Below are positions 51,766 to 64,000 of a stretch of DNA of 64,000 bases, piece by piece. Numbering within the stretch: position 1 is the first letter of the stretch; every line of letters starts with the position of its first letter. Position numbers and translations under genes: made by a program. The stretch comes from Octopus sinensis (Eukaryota): the NCBI RefSeq assembly GCF_006345805.1, contig NC_043000.1, positions 53,940,001-54,004,000 of the forward strand, in the 5' to 3' direction. The notes beneath the pieces were generated by a model. The model was not told the DNA's origin, did not search any database, and saw only the letters and a program-made list of their open reading frames with translations.

Positions 51766-54700
51766 CCGTCAGGAAATAACGCATTCAATGATGCAAGCAT
51801 AGCCATGCAAAGGAGGAGGTATGTTCATAACTGGGAAGCTTTTAGTCATAGCTCTGTTATATCATTGATGATCTGGGCTGAACAGAAATAACAGGCATCA
51901 ACAGCAACTGAAAGAAAAGTAGCGACAACAACAATAACAACATTAATAGCTAGAGACCTTTTTGCTTGAATCATCTGCTTTAGAATAAATATTTAAAGAA
52001 TCCAAGGAAGGCTAGTGAATTGTGATATTCAGTGACATTTTCCCAGAGGAATAAACAAACCGTTTTCTCTACGTCAGCAAATATCTCCAAGACAGTATTG
52101 TGAATGATGAATCGTTTCTCATGAAGCCTGCATGTAATTCTAGAAGACAAAAAACTCTGAAATGTTACCAGTTTGAAGAACGTTGTGCACGTAGAGCTGT
52201 AAACGAAACGGGGCGTATTCAAGGAGAGTTAAAACAACTCTATATTAGTTGAAGCGTGAAAGATACCCTTCCATCTAGGCTCACCAAACAGTTCCCTTAT
52301 TGTAGAGAATAAATCAGGCTAACTCGCATTAATCACCAAATTTGTTCAGACACTTCTGTTTACCAAGAAAGGCCGCACAATATTTTGTCTGATTGATATT
52401 AAGAGCATTACTATATATACAATCTGAAAATGTTGAAGTCAGTTGTTTAAAATTTTTTTTTTAATGAATGGAGTATCGTTCTCTTTAGATTATAGCATGA
52501 AACGAAAAAAGAGAATCGAAAATGGTTTTGACCTAGAGTGAACTGTAAGAAAGTTCATTTTTTCTCATTTGTTTGTCCCTCGTATGACCTAAAGCATGCT
52601 TACCGAGAACATGTTTCAGATATTTAGTTGGAAATTTTAATCTAGAACCATACTTATATTCTTCTTTTTTATATACATTGTACGACATTTTTGAAGGCGA
52701 TTTAGCTATTATTTCCTGCATGGCAGAGACCACGTACAGAATTCTTCAATGGTTTTGTGTATGAATGCTGAAGTATCATTTGAAAGCTGATACCAAGTAA
52801 AGTAGTGTGTGATAGCTTGTATGAGAACCTGAATATTACTACATACATTATTGATGAAATTATTTTCATATCGAAATGTAAATGCCATTATCGAATATTA
52901 AGATAATCATTTTCTTAGGAACCTCAAGCACGTAATTTCCATTCTACAAAGGAAATTTTGGGGAATAGTATACAAAAAGATTTAAAGAAATTGAAACATT
53001 AGTATATACTCTGTCACTTCAAATTTACCAAATACCTTATATACAGACATGATGGGCATAATTTAAAGGCTTTAAAAGATTTTAGGATTTCGACATTGGA
53101 AACTATCTAGCAACTGACATGTGATTGATATCCTATGTCTGTCCAGTATTGTATATTGCAACTACAAACAGACGAATTAAGCGTCACTTCTTTCAAAATT
53201 TTGCGGGATAAATGTTGAAATTTATAAAATTCATATTTTGTTACATTATGTACGACATTATATTTTGAGTAGTTCACTTAAAGTATTTTCTACAGTGTAC
53301 CATATGCATGGTGATATAAAGTAATTTTAGATAAATATATGAAGTTATATCGTCAGTCGCATAGTAAAAATTAGCTAAATTTCTAAGGATTTAGATACAA
53401 AACAGAAGGAATTATTCAACTAGGTGACTAAAACTATTTTCAGAGAAATACAAGTGATATTGTAGGACATGTTTCTGCTTTAATCTGACGTAGAAACACA
53501 AAGGATAGTTTTCTAAAAGAATGGGTTAGTAAGTAAGTATGATCAAATCTTATTGTTAATATTAGCTCCACTTATCAAGCTTGGTAAATCATTATAGTGG
53601 GTACTGTACTACTGCTAATTTCTTGCATCACTCTTCAGAGAAATATTCTATCTACGAATAATCCACTTGATTCCACTGTCTCTTCTATCGGTATGCTGTA
53701 CTACACTAACACATTATACTAGGCACTGTTGTCAACCCTTTAGTTTCATATTTACAACACCTATAAGTAGATAGTTATGTCGTTGCTTTTCGTTATGATA
53801 ATACCGACTTGCAAGTGTTTATTCTGAACATCATAGCTCAATGCACTGACAGACCGGTACTACACGTCTCCCTTCTTCTAGACAAGCTTAATACAAATTT
53901 AACAATATTAAAATTGTTTCAACCACTAAAAGAAGCGTAAGTACTATAAAAATGATTGTTAACGTATTAGATTTTACGTAAAACATATTGATAAGAAATG
54001 ACAAACATTTTACGCTTCCCATAATTTTGTACACAAAGAGAAAAGAGGAACTTTTTTTATATGCTCAGGAAGAAAATACTATCAGATGACCCAGTTTTTT
54101 TTAAGATCTTCGGTATATAAAAACCAAAGGGAAGAGAGTTATCACTAGTTTAAAAAAATTATGCTCACTTGAATTTTCTAGATTTAGAATATATATGTAT
54201 CCATTAGTTCGTTTAGAGTAATGATGGAACAAATGAAAAACCAATAACATAAGTAAACACTTTAGATAAGTTTCATTTTACCATTAATGAAACGCATAAG
54301 TTCTTATTAATGAAATGAGAAATTAATGGGTCAAATGAAATTCCTGGAAAAGAGGAAACAACTTCTGAGAATTTCCAGTGTAGTCTTGATATTTTTTATA
54401 AGCTCGTATTCATCATGATTTTTAGTTTCTTCCTCAGCGGCAAAGAGAAAGAAAAAAACGAAACAAAACAGACAATAAACATGACAAGCTTTTTCTCATT
54501 TCGTGTACTTGTGCTCATAAATGTAATAGATTTCTCGATAATCTCACTTTACTTAAGCATGTGTTGCTAGAATACATCTGCTGATTATATATTTATTTAT
54601 TTACGCACTGCATCTCGCGGCTCTAAATCATGAAAAACGCTTCCTTTTAAGAGTACACGATCCAAAGCGCAAGAAATTAAAGATCCACATGTTGGCGGAT

Positions 54701-57012
54701 TTGCACTTTCTACGTTTAACTTTTATGTTTTTGCTTCTTTGAATCACTGTAAATAAATTAACGAATGCCTTTTTACTACTATGAAGTGCTATGCAATATG
54801 GTATTCTGAAGAATCTCAGGTTTCTTAATACATATTAAATGTACTAGGGAAATTGATAAACCTCATCACATATAAAAGATTACTTTATGCATTTAAGATA
54901 CTGTACAAATAAAAATAAGTGTTTGCTTTCTGTTATATTTACTTTGTATTATATTAACCTAACGAGTAATATACAGTTTCAGCTTAAATAAAACATCTTA
55001 TAGTTAGTTTAGTCATCTATTATCATTGCTCTTATAAAATAAAAAGTGATATTAATCTGTACATAATAGTCATTAGTGAAGGTCGAACACGATAAATATA
55101 TAGGCATATGCTCGATATCGTTACAAACTTTGTTTAATCATACAGTAAAAGAACTTCCTCCTTATCGTTCAACCTGCTTGAGATAACAGCTTCATCTCTC
55201 GCATTACATAAAATGAGATAACTAGTTATAGTCAGAAACGTCCTCTTTCTGAGAATCAAGAAAATATATAATGGTTTGAATATTTGGATCATATGTTCAT
55301 TCGACCAAGTCTTACTAGGAGTTATACTGTAGCAACGTTTAGCCATTAACATTTATAAAAACTTGGTAACTTAAAAGGTTATGTTGGTAACATAAACAAA
55401 TTTTAAGCGAATATGGAGTTAACATATGTAGATTTAATTGTCATTTCTAGGTAAAGGAAAATGTAATTAACAATAAAGTTTTCGAACAATATGAATCACT
55501 CTCACACACCTCAGTGACAGTCAGTACGGCTACCGTACCTCCTAAATCACTTGGGATTTATTCCGTTATGTCACTCACAACTGACTTAGAGATATTCGCT
55601 GAATTCAGTGATGTTGCTCCAGACATAAGTAAAGCTTCTGGCTTCGTTCCACACGCATATTTCCTGTGGAAATTTCCTGTCTATGGAATTATTCCCACTC
55701 TCTTCTTTTGTATAGCTTGCCTCCTCCCCTCAGATCGCATCATATAGACATGTGTTAATGGAGCCCGTTCTGTTCTACACAAGAACAAATCTTGTGTGCC
55801 GCAGCTTTACGTTTTGGTCGCACTTTCTGCTTTCCAAACACCTGCCTACCGTTTCGCCCAAATAGGCTACCTCGTATGTATATGTTACCTCCAGTTATTC
55901 CTCTCTCCTACTTCTGCAACCATGAGCCCTACCACAACCAACCTAGACCCTACATATTAAACCTAAAATGACTCCACGAACAACCACCTCGAAGGCACAC
56001 GCCAGTGGAATCATGCTAACCCTGTCGAATCCAGCAGTACAAATATAATGTAAAAGAAGCACAAATCATATTTTGAAAACATTGTATGACATCATTATAT
56101 GTGGAGGAGAAGTCAAATTCATTATGTAAATAGATAATGGTTTTATCCCATGTATAATAAAGGTTAATCCGAAAATCATTTGAATGAATTTACAAGTTGT
56201 TTGTCTTAATCTTGTTATAAAACGGTATGTTAAAAAAGAGATTTTAAAATATAAGACAGCCAAGCTAGGTAAAAGAAGAGAAAAAATTGAAAATATCTAA
56301 ATCAAAAATGATAAAACCATTTGATGAATGCACATCTTAGGAATTTAGCGTCAAAAGAAAGAATTATGTGAGGGCATGGAAAAATAAAAGCAAAGATTTA
56401 TGGACGACACAGAAGTACTGAGAAAGTGTCTCAGAACTTAAATAAGATGAATTTATAGTGACCATGATAAATATATTGTACACTTGTAATGACATAAAAG
56501 GGTAAGTAGCAAACCAGTGAAATCAATAACAATATACAGAAAAATTATAGTAGCTTAGGGAAATATATATTTTAAGTTGCACTTAAAATACATTCTCTGT
56601 ATTGCCGTTGTTGATTAAATACTGCCCTATGACTAATGTTAGTTTCGTAAACTTTTATACAGAACTTAAACATACTAAAAGTATATTCGGCAATAACTGT
56701 CTACAACTAAAGATATTCAATAAAAGCTATCATCCATTTCTTATATTCCTTTTATAAAATCTCCCCTATTTTTGTTGTGAACTCTTTATTAGCAATACAA
56801 CTCATGGATTGCTTGCGGTCCAAGGCTCTTTATACATATCCAAATCAATGTAAATATCAATAAGTGTTAAATACAATACAGTCATGTATTCACAGACATA
56901 AAGCTACAAACATGATCACATGTACATAGCAACGAACTCATATCAACATTTTTGTTAGGTGCATTTGAAATTATATAAAAAAAAAACAATTTAGAATTAA
57001 TCTTTTTTGACA

Positions 57013-57578
57013 TTTAAACATGGCTGTTCCGTACGAACCGGCGTTAATACTATTTTTAATACCAGGAGGACGCCTCGTGTAGCTAGTTATTCGGTGCATT
57101 CTGCATCCGATATATATTTGCAAGCAGAGGAGTGGATACCAACCATCTTCTGACCACGAGACCATCAGACTGTACGGTTTCGATCTCTTTCTGGTTTTCC
57201 TCGTTGTTAGATACTTGCCCGCTAGAGGTAGCAATAATTCACTCCAGCTTGCAATATATAAAAGAACGCCTAGCGTCAAACAGTAACTGATCTTGCAGCA
57301 AGCAAATCAGCTAGTTAGAAAAAACTCTATAAGTGATAAGCGCAGAGAGGTTATATCTACCGCCACGCAAACATGGCTGTTCTGCAGGAAATGACGTTGC
57401 TCCTATTTTTAAGAGGTGCAGATTGCATCGAATACCCAGCTGGAATAGGCGTTCTCCTGGAGTCAAACATAGTAGTAACGTTGATTTCTACGAAACAGCC
57501 ATGTCTAAGTGGTGATGCACATCACTTCTCATTATAGATACTGCTGTCATCTCTTATAGAGATTTTCTAACTAGCTAA
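57013..57578. mobile_element. Fold-back/MITE-like palindromic element plus an extra arm
   Basis: 57307-~57410 is an imperfect inverted repeat of ~57465-57578 (agctagttagaaaa.ctctataag; aacatggctgtt). 57013-57110 is a further inverted copy of 57420-57510. Confidence 0.7.
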
Positions 57579-57614
57579 TTTGGTTGAATTTATAATTAAA
57601 GCAAAGAATTGCTA

Positions 57615-58815
57615 CAGGGTATCCCAGAGAGATTTACTCATGTTTAAAATTCTTTCTAAAAATATCGGGTGAGGTAATATTATCTACATTTTATATAAAG
57701 ATTTGCATACGTCTTTTGTTCATGTATCTGTTGTTTCGTTTGTCTATAACTGGGTTGTAAATGAACATGGCGTCGAAAGCAAAACATGACGAGAGTGTCA
57801 CTTTGAAAACAGCTGGAGTGAGCAACAAGGACATAACGAAACGGTTGAATGCTTGTCGTAAATCAGTGTTCAATATCTAGAGATGATATACGAAGTATGC
57901 TACTACCTCTACCAAGCCAATTCCTGGTAGCAAACGACCAGTTTGTATGAAGCAAACTTTTGAATCTGTGAAGGAGAGAATGAACCGATATCCCCACTGG
58001 AGTGCAAGAAAAACTGCAGAAGCTCTTGATATTTCGAAATCGACAATGCATAGGATTTTTAAAGAAGGTTTAAAACTTTCAGCAGCTTTTAAAAAGAAAT
58101 GCCTCAGAAAAGGGAAAACCAGGTTATTTGAGATGAGGCACGCCGCTAATATAGTGTTGATCTGGTCCGACGCGAAGATCTCCATCATTGAAGCTGTTGC
58201 CAACAGGTAGAATGACAGGTTTTTATGCACGTAATGCAGGAGACTTGTCCCACGGTAGCATGTGGCCTTTACGCCTTCAGAAGTTAGCTTCACACATATT
58301 GTGGGCAGACGTTGCATCTGATGGGTTCAAATCTCCCTTAATCTTTATTGTTGGTAGCCTCAAAGTCAGCAGTGAAGTTTATGTGGAAATGTTAGGTAAG
58401 AAAGTGTTACTCTAGATCACAGAAACCTTTGGTGACCGTTACATCATCACTCAAGATGGAGCTCCGGACCACACATCTAATATGACACAGAGGTAGTGCT
58501 AAGCGCATTTCAACAATTTTATAGACAACACGATATGACCTTGCTATCTGGTGTGTCTTAGAGGGTTAGATCTGAAGATAGTCTTTCTGTCTCATAGGTC
58601 AAGTTAGATGAAGGGGTGGTACTGCGCTCATGCAACTCAGTGACCACTGGTTTCCAGGCTATGACCAGGACGAAAGGTGGTCATTTTGAAATGTAATTAT
58701 TGTAATGGATTGATAATTTACTTTAGAAGATGTGTGAGGAATTTCATTATCCTATTTTTAGTTAATTTTGAAGCATCATGAAGTATCGATGGGAACATCT
58801 TTATGGGGTACCTTG
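57615..58815 (+). mobile_element. Tc1/mariner (maT/DD37D-like) transposon, decayed, ~1.2 kb
   Basis: TA-flanked TIRs cagggtatcccagagagattt / caaggtaccccataaagatgt. Transposase from MASKAKH (57767) with SARKTAEALDISKSTMHRI, IWSDAK, TQDGAPDHT; the third-Asp region is deleted, so spacing cannot be verified. Confidence 0.85.
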
Positions 58816-59904
58816 TAAATATGTTTTTGTAGAGTTTATATCAATTTTTGCATGAAAAAGGTTTTACATGAAAAAGATTGACAGTGGCTCATCAGCCAAC
58901 AACAGATTTTATGAAAATTCCATCAATGTACGAAGAAAATATAAAATACATATGTATGTGACAATTAGATAAAATGTTATCGAGAAAATGTGATAACCAA
59001 TGACTGTTAGAAAAGGCCAAATCTAAGGACAATGATAGAAAACTAACACTGAGGAAGACACCATTTCTGTAAGGATAGAAACACTACTAAATTATTCTTG
59101 CCAAGATATTGGTAAAACACAAAAACATGGTGCAGTGAAAAGACGTCCTATTTTATAGAGATCAGTTACCCAAAAGATTTTCATATATTATTAAAGATTA
59201 CTTGAGGAAACATCTGTATTAATAATAAATATGCAGTTGATCCACACGAGCATTATATTTTATTTTGCACAGGTAATTATTACAGTGTTTGGCTATGCGC
59301 TTCAGCACCAATTTAGAGATGACAGTGCTCAGAAAACCAGGAAATAGACAGACAGCTTATTAGAAAATTATCAGTATACGCTTCTAAAATAAATTTGCAA
59401 CTGTAAAATATACACGATTTATTCAGATAAAATACACGGCTATATAAACGATGCTGCCGAAATTCTTGATTCTGAATTGCAAATTGTTTTTATTTCTGTG
59501 ATTCTTTTAAAGGTAAATCCTAACATAAATTCATACACACATATATGCATATATACCTATATACGGTAAATATTTTTTCCTAATCATAGCCAGATTCTAA
59601 ATCAGTATTTGAATAAATAACCATTAGTGCATTTGGGTAATCAGCAATTGTGGAAGATGTAATCTCAGTCAACGAAAGTGACATCCTGGTAGGTATGATT
59701 TAAATTAAGGCTATAAATGGAGCAATGAAATAAAATTAGGTTTTCTTTTATTCTTTTATTCTTCCAGTCGTATCACTGCAGCTATGTTGGGGTAACACTT
59801 TGAAGGGTTTTAGTAGAACAAATTGATCTCAAGACTAATTTTTTAAGCTTTGTACATATTTTTATCTGTCTCTTTTTCTGAACTACTAGGTTATGGGGAT
59901 GTAA

Positions 59905-60142
59905 ACGCATCAACATCAGATTCCAAGACGTGATGATGAGGTGGGGGATAAAGACAGACACAAAGCTGCACACACATATGAACGACGGGTTTCTTTTAGT
60001 TACTTTTCCGTCAACCAAATCCACTCACTAGGAATTCATCGGCCCGAAGCTATCGTAGAAATCATTTGCTCAAGTTGCCATGCGGTGGAGCTGAACCCGG
60101 AACCATGTGTTTGGCAAGCAAGCTTCTTACCACAGTTTCCAC
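59905..60142 (-). mobile_element. tRNA-derived SINE (diverged)
   Basis: Minus strand gtggtaagaagcttgcttgccaaacacatggttccgggttcagctccacc...ttgagcaaatgatttctacgatagcttcgggccg: tRNA-like head plus CORE-like body. Confidence 0.75.
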
Positions 60143-61219
60143 TTAACTGGAAGAGAAAAATATCACGCTGTTTTACCATAATAAATTACCACACGCAACA
60201 TATGACGTGAAATACTTGAAATTGTTGACGTCCATGTGTTACGTGCTGATTTGGAACGAGTTTAAATGATGTTTTCATTGTTCTTTTTGCTGACGTTTCC
60301 AGATATTGCAAAACAAAACAGTGGCTGCAACATTCTCAAAGTCAGAGCAAAGCGAAGAATCGAATTTGCAAGCAAATTTGAAATTAAGCATGAGCTTTGT
60401 TCTATTACGAATTTTCTCTTTACAATAATCAGTGAATAGACACAGTATGTAATAAGGAAGCGTATGTCGATGATAACATATAACGGCAATTAAACTTGAA
60501 TGAAACCAAACCTGTAGGCTTTTAATTGTTACAAGAACATATTTCTTTTAGCGTCTACAATTTCCACAAAAACTATTTATGCTGAATAACTTACAATTTG
60601 TATGGCATATGTAAGGTTCTTCAGATTTAAATATATTTGTGTATGTAAATTAACGTGTATAGCTGGGGATGAATCTCTTAATATATGTATAGCACACACG
60701 CCCCCTGTCTGCGCGCGCACGCGCACACATGCATACGCAAACACATAAGACGGCATTGTGATTGGCCTATATATGAGACTGTCTATGCGCTTATATCTAT
60801 GAAACTGTATGTTTATGTGTCTGATACAACTTTTATATCCAGGTCGTATTTTTAGGGATGGCAATTTAGCAAGACAAAGTAAATAGCATAGCGAGTAACC
60901 TGACCTGAGATCGTATGCTGAAACAAAAACAATTGTAGAGCGGAAGGTGTTTATAAGCCATTTAAAAACACACAAATCCTTAGATTCACTTCCACATTGA
61001 AATTTAATTTGCCAAAATAGTAAAGTGAATCTAACAGTTTTTGTGTGTTTTTAAAGAAAATAGCAACAACGGGAAAATCATTAAGTCACAATTTTGCCGC
61101 AGCTAAATAGTAAAAGTATAAAACTTGCATATCTATCTTTATCTCCAAGTCTCTTTCTCTGTCTCCATCTACTTCTGTTTATCCCTCTCTCTCTCTCTCT
61201 CTCCCTCTTTCATATTGCA

Positions 61220-61264
<45 letters not shown>

Positions 61265-61481
61265 TACTGTTCCGTGATAGTAAGATCAACAAAATGTAAT
61301 GCATTTGGTGAGAGATAAATAATACTTAATAAACAGGTGTATTTATGTGCTACTATTAGTGCCATGTACTGCGACATCTTTTAGTTCGTTATGCCATATG
61401 GGCTGTGTCTGATGATTGCGCTAAGACACCACACGTGTTAGAAATATTTTTGTCATGCTCTCAGCACATGAAAATAATAGT

Positions 61482-61541
<60 letters not shown>

Positions 61542-62097
61542 AATGGCAATTTCTGTCTGTTGCCATCTTGCTACCCAGAACAGTGAACTAAATTTCAAAA
61601 AAGTTTGTATACATTTTGAACTAACATCCAATTCAATTAAAAATCGATAATGGACCGGTTAAGAGGGTTGAGCTATTACACGATAGAATTAGAGGGGTGC
61701 AATAGTGTTATGTTCAGGGAAATATCGCTTAATGAGGGTGGCTGGTATCAGGGAAAGGGGGAGACAAGAAGAGATAGACAAACTGGGAATATAAGAGGCG
61801 GACAGAGAGAACAACAGGCAGTAACAGAGCGCGAGAGATAGAATTTCAATACTGCATTCATTCATTTCATTCTATCACTTAATGCATACGTTACGCTTTA
61901 GTGAATTAACTATCGTATACTCAGTTAAAACTTTTACAATATGTCCAACAACAGATGTTAAACAAGTAAGAGGTAAAGTGTTTTTATATTTGTTTTCAAA
62001 TTCATGTATTAAGAGTTATTAAAACTATACCAACGTACTCAAACAATACACTATATATGTCTTACCTTTTCTTCCGTATATGAATTGGCCCTCGTTC

Positions 62098-62300
62098 TCC
62101 GTATATATAAAAGAGAGTTTGTGTGTGTGTGTGTGTGTATGTGTGTGTGTGTGTGCGGGCTTTTGTGAACGCTAATCTTCCTTATTCATTCAAAAACTGG
62201 GTTGCCGATTTGAACGTATGAGGTATCAAAAGATTCAGTTTTCTTTCAAAACAAATAAACCTTACAAAAATTTAACATTATAATCTTTCTAGAATTCAGC
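62098..62300 (+). mobile_element. Possible Helitron-like 5' fragment
   Basis: tatatataaaagagagtttgtgtgt...ttgtgaacgctaatc...gccgatttgaac resembles non-autonomous Helitron 5' ends (compare 47941); no CTAG/hairpin end found. Confidence 0.3.
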
Positions 62301-63059
62301 TATTCTAAATTACATTTTATTCCACGACGACGACGACGACATCATATTTTCTATATTAGTGTGTACGTTAAAAGATACTCATTTGTCTATATGCTATGAG
62401 GAAATACAGTCACTCCCTTTCTCTCTCACATGTAGACGTAGACATACATACAAAAGGGATGTATGCGTAAGTATTTATGCACGTATATACGAAAGATAAT
62501 GCATGTGTGAGAAAGTGAGGGGGAGAGAGAAAGCCAGTGAGTGCCACATATACATGCAAAAATACATACATGACAACACACACTTTCACTCACTCGCCTT
62601 CTCTCTCTCTCTCACACGCACATATGTACACAAGCATACACATTCACGTCCATTTCATATACACGTACATGTATCTTTCACTTTCTGCTTTCACTTCAGA
62701 GCAAAGGTAGTCGTTTCACTTTCCCCACTCTTTTAATTTCTGCTCCCTTAAAAGCAGCATAAAGTATTATAAATAATTTACGGAAATTAACGAACAAACA
62801 TATGATACCATATGATCGAGATGAGGACTTTCCTCCTTCAAACAGATGAATGTCATAAAATACATTCCTTAGACAGACACCCGCGCGCGCACACATACAT
62901 ACACACACACAAAGGCACTCTAGGTAAATCTTCTGTATGAAATACGTTATTTTTTGTTATGTGCTCGCACAAAATTACAACTCAAATCCAGTTGAAATCA
63001 CATGATTCTATTCTATAATTCAGGTTTGTGATGAGTGCATTTAAAAACCTGATCTTCGA

Positions 63060-63590
63060 TATAAATTTAAATTGAACTTCTGCCAAAAATCTTGTCCTTT
63101 ACCTGTTGTTTCTATCATGTCCGAGATGACTTTCATTGCGAGTTTTTTCCTAAATTTCTTTCGATTCCTATGTTTTCAATACAGAAAGATTAGGATTTCG
63201 TCCCAAAAACAGGTTCTCAATATTTTAATTTTCTCCCTCCTCATCCCAAGTTCTTCATTTTTTTACTGCTTTTCGAATTTCCTCTTAGTAATCCACGGAG
63301 AAGAAAACAGAGTACGCAACTTTAGGAATGTTCTTCTTTTTTCTTAAAGAAACATTAAATTCTCCTTCCCAAACAACCAAAACTCTCAAAAAGCTACAAA
63401 CTTCCCAATGTTTCACTTTTAGCTTTATGGCAAGCAGGGAAGTTTCTTCAGAAATAATGTCGTTTACCCGTTGTTTCTAGCATATTGGATTTTCTGGTGA
63501 TGCTCTACGTCTGGTATTTCAATTCAATTTTACGCATGTGTGAAACAGACAAAGCTGACACATTGCGTGGTTTTAGCTTTTTGAAAGCGG
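63060..63590 (-). mobile_element. Possible Tc1/mariner N-terminal remnant
   Basis: Minus-strand translation VCSFLRV...KKNIPKVAYSV...GRNPNLSV resembles the paired HTH region; very decayed. Confidence 0.3.
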
Positions 63591-63679
63591 GTAAGTGATA
63601 AGTGTTGGGGAAAGCGGCATTGAATGTTTCTTTACGAAAAATTAAACTTAAAAAATATTTTTCCCAGATTCGTATTCGC

Positions 63680-63810
<131 letters not shown>

Positions 63811-64000
63811 AGAAGGAAGTAACAAATGCAGCAGACATTTTATCTGAGCTCGAAATAATATTTCATCATCCCTATGAGGTAGGGATGTTGGCAGAGTATT
63901 TCGAGCATCAGATAAAATATCTGCTGCATTTGTTACCTCTCTCTTGAACTGATTTCAAACGTATCCAGCTCATCATTGCCGTTTCATAGCTTCATATACA

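Noticed and set aside
53882-53936. Possible 55-bp exon (KLNTNLTILKLFQPLKE)
   Set aside because: Splice signals are fair, but such short matches are expected by chance and there is no supporting context.

Overview
AT-rich eukaryotic (animal) DNA, dense in microsatellites and transposon debris. The SINE families, Dong/R4-type LINEs, Penelope-like elements (PLEs) and (TA)n/(AAT)n/(GATA)n load suggest an octopus-like cephalopod (inference from repeat content only). No host protein-coding gene could be assembled; most ORF-track entries are microsatellite artefacts or antisense to transposons. Best-supported elements: a complete mariner with one nonsense codon (15044-16336), two decayed Tc1/mariner copies with TIRs (22836-24138, 57615-58815), a TTAA-flanked piggyBac (29769-33955), a cluster of RLE-type LINEs in (TAA)n (37081-43640), three PLEs, SINEs with TSDs and a 386-bp non-autonomous Helitron. 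Most interesting: (1) a 1.71-kb retroposed element with a perfect 12-bp TSD that encodes only a gag/ORF1-like zinc-knuckle protein with an unrecognised C-terminal domain and no RT, nested just upstream of the piggyBac transposase; (2) a PLE (19166-21720) whose only visible lesions are single-base homopolymer indels, carrying a long Asn/Ser-rich linker before its GIY-YIG domain and an intact type I hammerhead ribozyme with a branched stem II. All alignments and family calls were made by eye; no searches were run.
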